A stretch of DNA of 48,385 nt from a virus (lineage: Duplodnaviria > Caudoviricetes). Both the position numbers and the translations under genes were made by a program. Positions 36,101 through 43,762 of the stretch are shown in pieces. How positions within the stretch are numbered: the stretch's first letter is position 1; each line of letters starts with the position of its first letter. The stretch spans positions 1 through 48,385 of IMG/VR virus record IMGVR_UViG_3300025099_000035. One strand, written 5' to 3'. A model generated the notes under the pieces. It made no database searches. It was not told the DNA's origin and was given only the letters and a program-made list of their open reading frames with translations.

Positions 36101-39100
36101 ATAAGCTCAACTTGCTTATAAGTGTCAAACCATTTATTAACATCCTTAACTCTTTTAATCTTCTCAATATTCATACCATTAAGAGTAGATTCAAATTTCT
36201 TTAACTGCTGATAATATTCTGTTGGGCTAACTCCTTCAGGGATTCCTTTTCTTGGAAGTATTTGAAATTTCTCTCCATCCTTAATAATCTCAGCAGCTTG
36301 TGCTATATGATTTATAATTCCCTGCCTATCTTTAATTGAAGTTGCATCAATATCTTCAAGCTTTAATTTTATATTATTATTGATATTCTTTGCAATAAAC
36401 TTAACTTCTTCAACAGGAATCTCTCCAACAATCCGTTGCTTTGCTTCTTTTCCAAACTTAACGCCTTCAGTTTTAAATCCTTTTTCAACTTTAGAAGCAA
36501 GTACATTAGAGTAATCTTTAAAGTTGCCCATACCAAAAGCTACCTTTAATTGAGACGCAATCTTATTTATAACTTGCTTTAACTTTGGCAACATCCCTTT
36601 AGTAAATTGTATTCTATCAGCCTTACCTCCAACAATATCAGCAAGAAATTCTTCAATATTTTCAGCTTTAGTTTTTCCACGCTTTTTATTATCTCCAACT
36701 TTAAGCCAATCTTGATATTCCCTTGTCCCCTTTGCAAGTCTTTCACCTTGGTTTATAAGTTTTTGAAGTTTCTTGTTATTGGTAATATTAGCAAAGTCTT
36801 TAAGTCTGTGCATATTTTCATGAAAGAAATCAGCAGGTTGAAATTCACCTTTAGCTAATTTAATTATTCCATCAGCCCATTCACCAAGAACATTCTTATC
36901 TAATCCAACCTCTTTTAATTGTGATTCATTAAGGTTATTTTTTTTCATAACCTCTTTAGAGAATGTTTCACGAGCCTTGGCATCACCTTCTTTAAACCTT
37001 ACTTCTTCAGGCAAACGACCTGTTCGTTTTTGTTGCCCTCTAAGTTTAGACGACTTTAGCGTTGGAACTATATAATTTCGCTTAGTTGTTCCTGTTTGTG
37101 TGTGTTGAAGTTTTTGAGAAAAAGCCTTTAATTGATTTGTATCCCCTCCAAAAATTGTTTCAGCCTCTTGTGTTCTAAATATCCTACCTTCTTGAAGACT
37201 TTTCCTGTTTTGTTTAGTCATTGGTTCTCTACTACCAGTTTCACGAGTATAAACCTCAATAACTTCACCTGTATCTTTCATTACTTCACGAATAAGTTTA
37301 TTAACAATTGGAGCATTTATTTTTTGCTTCCCAAAAGTTTTCATAATTGCATCTTCAGCTGTATAACCTTTTTCATTCATATATTCAATAATTTTATCAT
37401 ACAACTCAGGTGTGACTTCTCGACTTACAGATTCTTTTCTTGCTTCTTTTTTCCGTTCTTGCCATCGTAATTTATTTTCGCCTTGTACAATTCTAATGTT
37501 AGAAAAATCTTCTGGACGAACAGCTGTTTCTTCCATTGTTTCAATTAAAAGGTCAACTTCTTTATTCTCAAGCTTGTCTCCCTTTTTGCCTACTTCATAA
37601 TCTTTTTTAGAATCTACTACCTTTTTTCTAACAGAATCTATTTGCTCAGAAAAAGATACTCCTTCTTTAGATTTAAGGACTTGTGTGGTTTTACCCAATC
37701 CTTTTGCTTTTACTTGAAGCTCAGTAGAACGTGCTCTTATAGCATTATTGATTATATCCACATTTTCCATATTCACTAAAGCTTCTGATTGTCCAAATAA
37801 TTGCTTTATCCCATCAAGAATAGAATGTTGTTGGTTATTAGTTTTGCCTTGGATATACTCTTTAATATACTCTAATTGAATTTTACCATCAGTAAATATT
37901 GATGCACCATCTTTATTTGTTTGCAACCATTCTGCATATTTAAGAATTTGATTTAAATGTTTTTCCATTCTAGTTTTAGCAGTATCACTCTTTGCTCGCT
38001 CATTTTTCCATGAATCACTATTAATAATCTTTGCAATAACTTGTCTATTTTCATTTGATGCTGATGGAGCGTGTCTGTTAAATCTATCTCTTGTTGGTTT
38101 ATCATCTATCTTGGTTAATGGAGATTCAGCTACTAAAGATTCTATAAAGTTTTTTGTCTTAGGCTTTCCTCCAGACCCAGGAACTTCATATCCCCTTACA
38201 GCAGACTCTAAGCCTTTAATATCCCATGCTTGTGGATTCTCAGAAGTAACAATCTTAGACTTTCCTTTAAACTTCTGAATCTCACTAAGAGGCATTCCTT
38301 TTTCAAGTCCAATTTTCTCAAGCTCACTTATACGCTGACTAAATGGAAGACCCTCGTCTACAAGTGGTTCTTTTTTAGGGGCTTCAACTTTATCAGGTTT
38401 AGAAATTTCCTTAATATTCTCTTGTTTAACAGCACTATTAAATAACTCACTTACTTTAAGATGGCTATCAAGCTTTGCCCCAATGATATTATTCATAGTC
38501 TTTTCTTGAGCTTCACTTAACTCTGTTACAGGCTTTTCTTTTGTACTAATCTTATTCCTATACCATTCTCTTGCAATCTCAGGATTATTTTGAAGAGAGT
38601 CGTAAAAATCAACCATCCATAAGTTCATTGATGTATTTAATTGACCGAACTCTCCACGTTCAGCTTCAGTAAGCCTTAATAAGTCAAGTTCATTATTTTC
38701 ATTGGTAGCTTTCTCTTTAAGCTCATCAATTCTCTTCATTCCTTTACGAACATCTTTTTGCTCAACTGTTCTATTAACAGCTTCCATTTCAATCTCTGTA
38801 ATTCTATTTAAGATTTCTTCAGGAACAATGCCACCATTTTCTTCTATAGATTTTTTAGTTGCCTCAAATGCGTCAAGTTCTGCTTTTTTATTTTTATCAA
38901 GACCTGCCTGTATCTTTTCTCCATAAGCTTCTTGAAATAAATTTTTCTTTGATTTGTAATAGTTTTCTATGTCTGTAGAAGTATCTTTTGTAAATGCCTT
39001 TTTATATATCTTAGAACCAGTCTTTAGTCCACCAATAATAGCAAGATTACTAAATGTGCCTTTCCACCAATCATCTACACTTGGCATTTCTCCATTCAAT

Positions 39101-40011
39101 ATTGCTTGTTCAGATACTTGTCCTGCTGTAAATACTTGAGACTCAGCTAATATTTGTCCAAATGGACTATTCATAATCTTTGAAGCAGCTAAAGAAGATG
39201 GAACTTCTATGCCTTTTCTTTTGTATGCATCAACTTTGCGTGATGCTCTTGCAAATTTTGTTGCCATTGGACTTGTAACGATACCACCAGCAGCTCCTAA
39301 GACAGCTCCATGAAAGAAGTCTTCGCCTGCACCTTTTGTAATTTCCCAATGGTCATAATCATCTCTCTTGCCATCTTGAATTTCAACTGCTTGCTCACCA
39401 TACCTATGAATCGTTCCAGCAGCAGCAGAGAAACCACCAAGACTAAGTGCTCCTGTTGTAGCAGCTTCCTTCATTAAGCGATTCTTAAATACTTTATCCT
39501 TTGCTTTAGCTCCACCTGCCTTTAATAAACCTCTTTTTGTAGCTTCCCCAAATAATTTATTTGACGCAAGTTTGCCTGCAACTGACCCTGCACCTGCTGT
39601 ACCAATAAATGTAAGGGCTTCAATTGGATTTGTCATTCCAAGAAAGAAGCCAGCAGCATCTTGATACCATTCATTTGGCATGTCTTCTACTTTATACTTG
39701 GCTTCTCCATTCATTATTTTATATATAGCACCTGCAGTAGAGTTATTATATGCACGCTTTGCCCAATCATAATCATCAGCAAGTGAATCTGTAGCACTCC
39801 ATGACATTATCTTAGACATAACTCCAGGAGGGTCAATATCCTCTACAGTTTCAGTTGTTGGAGGTGGTGCTTGAGGTTCTTCTACACCCCAATCAAGATG
39901 AGAATATTTTTTCTTAAGATGATTTAATATAGTCTCATCATCAACATGCCCATATAAATGTGGATATTTTTGTTTTAAATTTTTAATAGTCTCTATTGAA
40001 TTTATAGCCAC
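33133..40011 (-). CDS. Giant ejection-type/polyvalent protein with internal tyrosine-recombinase-like and HExxH metallopeptidase-like domains
   Basis: 2292 aa, GTG start; last of three large genes after the tail nozzle (T7 gp16-like position); Ala/Gly-rich hydrophobic N-terminal segments; motifs TAVRPEDF, RIFRTQEA, LQHTQTGTTKRNY, FFHENMH, EEFLAD. Confidence 0.75.
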   Translation of the reverse strand: MAINSIETIKNLKQKYPHLYGHVDDETILNHLKKKYSHLDWGVEEPQAPPPTTETVEDIDPPGVMSKIMSWSATDSLADDYDWAKRAYNNSTAGAIYKIMNGEAKYKVEDMPNEWYQDAAGFFLGMTNPIEALTFIGTAGAGSVAGKLASNKLFGEATKRGLLKAGGAKAKDKVFKNRLMKEAATTGALSLGGFSAAAGTIHRYGEQAVEIQDGKRDDYDHWEITKGAGEDFFHGAVLGAAGGIVTSPMATKFARASRKVDAYKRKGIEVPSSLAASKIMNSPFGQILAESQVFTAGQVSEQAILNGEMPSVDDWWKGTFSNLAIIGGLKTGSKIYKKAFTKDTSTDIENYYKSKKNLFQEAYGEKIQAGLDKNKKAELDAFEATKKSIEENGGIVPEEILNRITEIEMEAVNRTVEQKDVRKGMKRIDELKEKATNENNELDLLRLTEAERGEFGQLNTSMNLWMVDFYDSLQNNPEIAREWYRNKISTKEKPVTELSEAQEKTMNNIIGAKLDSHLKVSELFNSAVKQENIKEISKPDKVEAPKKEPLVDEGLPFSQRISELEKIGLEKGMPLSEIQKFKGKSKIVTSENPQAWDIKGLESAVRGYEVPGSGGKPKTKNFIESLVAESPLTKIDDKPTRDRFNRHAPSASNENRQVIAKIINSDSWKNERAKSDTAKTRMEKHLNQILKYAEWLQTNKDGASIFTDGKIQLEYIKEYIQGKTNNQQHSILDGIKQLFGQSEALVNMENVDIINNAIRARSTELQVKAKGLGKTTQVLKSKEGVSFSEQIDSVRKKVVDSKKDYEVGKKGDKLENKEVDLLIETMEETAVRPEDFSNIRIVQGENKLRWQERKKEARKESVSREVTPELYDKIIEYMNEKGYTAEDAIMKTFGKQKINAPIVNKLIREVMKDTGEVIEVYTRETGSREPMTKQNRKSLQEGRIFRTQEAETIFGGDTNQLKAFSQKLQHTQTGTTKRNYIVPTLKSSKLRGQQKRTGRLPEEVRFKEGDAKARETFSKEVMKKNNLNESQLKEVGLDKNVLGEWADGIIKLAKGEFQPADFFHENMHRLKDFANITNNKKLQKLINQGERLAKGTREYQDWLKVGDNKKRGKTKAENIEEFLADIVGGKADRIQFTKGMLPKLKQVINKIASQLKVAFGMGNFKDYSNVLASKVEKGFKTEGVKFGKEAKQRIVGEIPVEEVKFIAKNINNNIKLKLEDIDATSIKDRQGIINHIAQAAEIIKDGEKFQILPRKGIPEGVSPTEYYQQLKKFESTLNGMNIEKIKRVKDVNKWFDTYKQVELMRVNEKGLTESSRKKMLKALGVPEGDIWRASQKQIDNYKEMLHTIRGQETFNPDFTDMDIMAKKLDPKYLEGWEKFKVEASRATYPVYKVLEAMGLRPLAKLMKKHFGVEAGHLGNYDNMIVDFKKGWTAPDGKQMKGLGEGGWNKIKDSMAIALSGKGERYIENMDMLRKNRELLSKKEIKNIEAADRFFKKAIKKEWFKEGGDLKDFINKDTVEGRIAERYVEYTKYYPKIFDEIAQILMNPAQYEKFKKEGNVKFIEDGVFITQQTTTDFKKLVGLEHKSIEGIVDKSTNQIAIDLAKELYKTKNPTMEQIGSQRDVAKGMAYEQLYDASTFSLDKVSSKFLLKRHDKLPEFVKNPDDGKLIRVYETSHDATVMKYSIGMAKFLATLEVFPEFAKMKGFKKSGAKKLIGQLQQADPQAFEWVNQSFERRIGVGQSNPFEMTVGISQKFANVLAKVGLSAPTSGIKNIITGTAGTAYAFELQDIARGFSGVIKGEAKELVKTGAHQIGTAHFEEGKISETLDKTFFRAGLMKPTEKFNRNLVQMASKYDQARMIEAMRVNKKGSAKYERAKDRLEDFYELSSSDIALMVKHGFESNVINKANFNSTRDYLIEKRNLDNAIQRAYTMSHVKTQGASIDLFMPSFASGNMIKPLTLYKRMAFAATVNTAENIRRAYKSKDYGKILVGTLATYTGGAALMGMYSGLFGQAMPKENDSFWSRQATIMWKGEMLGLFSEFFSPFSSSINSSLYPAIYTNAGALAQGFSDVIQDKKFVFGKGQAFDTYARKTISIYNAGMKVIEKRNNPYNRDMIRMSNLWKNYNEDVLEKPVQMFEGTELTKYKIDLKNAFNLGTEEEFVRTYMTLRFALAGDYMKKGFAEGKNKDMIYHIKGNPDRAFKAADAKLKGMMTNLNPNPASIRKGQAIETKLTRADFIDWIVRNDPQDKRQIVKRMNELENEYKDKMKSINKSFGYYLRKMNMKELAKEAKFNL

Positions 40012-41778
40012 CTATTTATTTCCTTTTTCTTGTCCAATAAAATTATATAATAATATCATCTGATTGTATCCAATTAAATTATTAACATTGCCCTTACTTC
40101 GATTATCTTTCCACCCTTTAATATAATCGGTCATTCTCTTTGAGCTTGGATTCTTATTAAAGCCTACCATCTGACCTTCAGCTCCTCTTGGATTTCCAGG
40201 CTGAAACCCTGCAAGTCTTCTTATAGCACCTTTCTTAATATTATATAGACTTGGATTTATAGCATATAATATATCCCTCGCTTTTTGGTCACTACCATTC
40301 TTATCAAGGAATGCCTGAAATCTTTTTTCAAAATCTTTTCCAGATTTCTTTCCTTCTCCAATATTTTTTGTTACATAAGAAGATACATCATCAAGGCTCA
40401 AATCATAATTATCAAGAGTAGCTTGAAGATTTTTGTCTGCATCTTCCCACTTCAAATTTGTAGCTACAAAGTCACCAGTTTGTGCTGGAACATAATTTTT
40501 TTGTACATCTGAGTAGCTTTTTTCCCCTAATGCCATTGCCTGTTCTTTTCTTTGACTTCCACCCCTCATTGGAGGTATAGGTTCATAAACTTCAACGTCT
40601 GCTCCACCAACATTAAAAATATTGCCAACAGTATTTTCTTTTGCCTTTTCTTGGTTGGCTTGCATCTCATTATTTTTAAGTTCTAAATCTTTAGATTTTT
40701 CCCCTTCAAGCCTTTCTTCCTCACTAATCGTTCCATCTTTATTTAAATCAAGTGGATTATCAGTTATAAAATCATCTTCAGTTTCTACCCCAAATTCTCC
40801 TTCTGCAAAAAGTCTTCCAGCCCAATTTTTATATTTATTATTATGTCTTACTATAGAGCTTTCATTAAGTTCTTTTTTATCAAGAATTTTTGTTCGCAAT
40901 GTATCATAATTTATAACAGTTGTTCCATCACTTAAACTTGATGTATGGTCATCTAGGTTGATACCAAAATTATTAAGGCTATCTGATTGCGTTAAGCTTG
41001 TTATTTCCTTTTTATTTACCCAATCTAAAAATTTATCATATGAATCTGTATCATTCATGCCTTTTTTAATCATAGTAACAGCTTCGCCTAAAGCCCTTTC
41101 TTTATCTGCTTGATAAAGCTTTGTATCTCCAATTGCAATATGTTGAGCTTCTTCAGGAGTAATAATGCCATCACCAAGAAGAGTTTGTGTTGCTAAATCT
41201 AAACTTTGAGCATACTTTCCAAGTTTTCGTATAACTTTTTTATCTTTTCCTCCATAGGTCATGCCACCATCCACTCCAACCTTTAAATCATCCATCATAT
41301 TCATGACTCTTTCTTTTTCAAAAGATATAAAGTCTACAGGGGAATCATATTTATTCTTCTTCGCAAGCTCAGGTAAATTAAGCCATTCATCTTCTTCATC
41401 AGAGAATCCTTCAGAGTTTATAAACTCAGAACCCATATCAACAGCATTTGTAAAATTAGTATAATTTGTATTCCATTCGTCTGCAGCAGTATCATACATA
41501 TCCGTCATCAACTTTATCTGTGAATCATTAGCTCCATCGACCTTAAGCTGATTTAAAGAAGATTTCCATTTAGAAAGTCCTTCAGGTGTCTTTATATGCT
41601 TGAATGTCTCTCCAAGAGTCTCAGCCATATTTATATTATCAACACGCTTCTCTTTTTCTCTCGTATCCATCATCTTCATTACTTGCATAGGGAGGTCTTC
41701 CCATCCACTTGCATAGCCTTGAGATGCTTGTTTTCTCCTTCTATTTATACTTTGTGCTAAATCATATATATCTGCCAT
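40012..41778 (-). CDS. Putative internal virion/ejection protein
   Basis: 588 aa; middle gene of the trio; contains the EF-hand-type loop DLNKDGTISEEE. Confidence 0.6.
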   Translation of the reverse strand: MADIYDLAQSINRRRKQASQGYASGWEDLPMQVMKMMDTREKEKRVDNINMAETLGETFKHIKTPEGLSKWKSSLNQLKVDGANDSQIKLMTDMYDTAADEWNTNYTNFTNAVDMGSEFINSEGFSDEEDEWLNLPELAKKNKYDSPVDFISFEKERVMNMMDDLKVGVDGGMTYGGKDKKVIRKLGKYAQSLDLATQTLLGDGIITPEEAQHIAIGDTKLYQADKERALGEAVTMIKKGMNDTDSYDKFLDWVNKKEITSLTQSDSLNNFGINLDDHTSSLSDGTTVINYDTLRTKILDKKELNESSIVRHNNKYKNWAGRLFAEGEFGVETEDDFITDNPLDLNKDGTISEEERLEGEKSKDLELKNNEMQANQEKAKENTVGNIFNVGGADVEVYEPIPPMRGGSQRKEQAMALGEKSYSDVQKNYVPAQTGDFVATNLKWEDADKNLQATLDNYDLSLDDVSSYVTKNIGEGKKSGKDFEKRFQAFLDKNGSDQKARDILYAINPSLYNIKKGAIRRLAGFQPGNPRGAEGQMVGFNKNPSSKRMTDYIKGWKDNRSKGNVNNLIGYNQMILLYNFIGQEKGNK

Positions 41779-41787
41779 TATTACTCC

Positions 41788-43152
41788 TTATGATACCAAA
41801 TTAACCATGTCGTCAAATTCTTTAAACGATTTGTCAAACTCTCCCTGTATTCCTCTTTGCATGCCTGAATATACATCCTCTGCTCCTGAATATAAACCTT
41901 CAGATATACTACTTTGAGCTCCAGGAGTTCTAATCCCAGATGTTGCCCTTTGAGTTGCCTCTTGTGCCCTTAGTCCTGTGGCTTGTTCAGTTAATCCTTT
42001 AAGCGTAGTAGCCCCTTCAGCCAATACATCTTGATAGCCTTGACCATATAAATCAATATTCGGAAGAATCTTTTTAATTGATGCTGTTAATGCCTCATTA
42101 GAGCCTTTAAGGTCAGGTCGAGCCTGCCTTACCATCTCAAGTATGTTTGCAAGAGCTCCTTCATTGCCAGCCCTTGCAGCTTCAACTTGTGAGTAAAGCT
42201 GAGGACTCTTTAGGATTTCTTGAATGCCATGCTTAGTAGGGTCACTCATATATGTAGAACTTACGTCTTGTGTTCTTTGTTCACTTCTATAGCTATCCAT
42301 TTGAGATTGAGTTAGAGTCTTTGCTCCACTCGGAAGCGAATCAAGCTTCCCTCCAGATACGCTCCAGTCAAGTCCATCATAAACATACTTTTGATAACTC
42401 CAACCTGCTGGTTCTATTGTCTCCTTGTCTGGTCCGTAGCCCTGAGTTACAGGAGATTTCCATATCCGTTTATAAGCAACTTCTCCACCATCCTCATATT
42501 TTTGTACCATTCCACCTTGTTCGTAACTCTTTGCAAAATGTGGAAATGCATCCATGGAAGTGAAATAATCCATTATTGAGCTACCCTTATCAGCAATCAT
42601 TGAAGATGCTTTGCCACCAAAGTCTTGAATATTGCCACCAAAGCCTTGAATGTTATCAGAAACCTTTTCTAATAAAGTCCCATCTTTTCCTTCAAGAAAA
42701 AAATCATCTAAATATTTTTCATATTCAAGGTTGCTACCTTTAAACTCTCCATCAAACATTTTTTTATCAAGACCTTTATCCAATCCATAAGACACCAATG
42801 ATGTAACACCACTTAACATACTTCCTTGTTTGGCACTATCAAGATAATCTTTAAGTCCTATTCTTGCATCTTTAGCAGATTGTTCTCCTCCAAAAGCAAG
42901 ATTTCCCCCTGAAAGATTTATATCATCAGCATCTGCACCTGCACCAAGGCTTCTTGCAATTGGGTCGCCTATAATATCAACTCCTGCTGATAAAACTTTA
43001 CCAACTCCAGGAACAAATTGCAATCCAGTCTTTAGGAGACTCTTAGCAAATCCAAAACGAGACTCTTCTTTTGCTTCCCGTCTTTGTTGTCTTGCAAGCT
43101 CTCTTGCTGATTTGATTTGACTATCTCTTATTAATGTTTGCATTAAGTTCAT
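41788..43152 (-). CDS. Putative internal virion/ejection protein
   Basis: 454 aa; Gly-rich amphipathic N-terminus (LQFVPGVGKVLSAG); tandem YEQGGMV/YEDGGEV. Confidence 0.6.
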   Translation of the reverse strand: MNLMQTLIRDSQIKSARELARQQRREAKEESRFGFAKSLLKTGLQFVPGVGKVLSAGVDIIGDPIARSLGAGADADDINLSGGNLAFGGEQSAKDARIGLKDYLDSAKQGSMLSGVTSLVSYGLDKGLDKKMFDGEFKGSNLEYEKYLDDFFLEGKDGTLLEKVSDNIQGFGGNIQDFGGKASSMIADKGSSIMDYFTSMDAFPHFAKSYEQGGMVQKYEDGGEVAYKRIWKSPVTQGYGPDKETIEPAGWSYQKYVYDGLDWSVSGGKLDSLPSGAKTLTQSQMDSYRSEQRTQDVSSTYMSDPTKHGIQEILKSPQLYSQVEAARAGNEGALANILEMVRQARPDLKGSNEALTASIKKILPNIDLYGQGYQDVLAEGATTLKGLTEQATGLRAQEATQRATSGIRTPGAQSSISEGLYSGAEDVYSGMQRGIQGEFDKSFKEFDDMVNLVS

Positions 43153-43183
43153 AATTTCTCCTTCTTAATATCCTAATATTACT

Positions 43184-43762
43184 TTAGTAAACATCTGTCT
43201 TTGAATACCATATTGTACATATATATCTATTATTAGCTACATCATCTCCACTATTCTCTGTATATATGTATATATTAGTATCATCATGATATGTCGTAAA
43301 TTCATAATCCTCATGACCCTCATCTTGATATATACCTCCTGGGGATAAAAATGAATCTGCTGGAGAATCTCCAGAAGCATTTCCATCACTTTGAACCATT
43401 GTATTTACAGCGACTATACGTTTTTTCCCACTCTCAATCCCATGAACTATTGTCTCAGTATCGCCTGTAGCTGCCGTAGTGCCAGTAAATATTTTCATTT
43501 TGCAATTTACCTTAACTCCATCACTTATAATTATAGTAGATACATCGCCTACCCTTTTTTCCTTTAAAACCTCTTTCTCAAGTGAAGATGAGTACCACTC
43601 CCCATTATATTTTGCAAATAATTTTATTCCTTCGGTTGTAGTAGTAGTTATTCTAATGTCTCCGTCTACACCTTCATTTTTTCTTGGAGCATTCTTATGA
43701 GTTGTAATTGTAGCTCTATTCTCATTTCTTATATTTCTACTATATCTTTCTAAATTTCTCAT
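43184..43762 (-). CDS. Putative tail-associated protein
   Basis: EGVDGDIRI...LFAKYNGEWY N-terminal motif; coupled to the nozzle gene. Confidence 0.5.
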   Translation of the reverse strand: MRNLERYSRNIRNENRATITTHKNAPRKNEGVDGDIRITTTTTEGIKLFAKYNGEWYSSSLEKEVLKEKRVGDVSTIIISDGVKVNCKMKIFTGTTAATGDTETIVHGIESGKKRIVAVNTMVQSDGNASGDSPADSFLSPGGIYQDEGHEDYEFTTYHDDTNIYIYTENSGDDVANNRYICTIWYSKTDVY

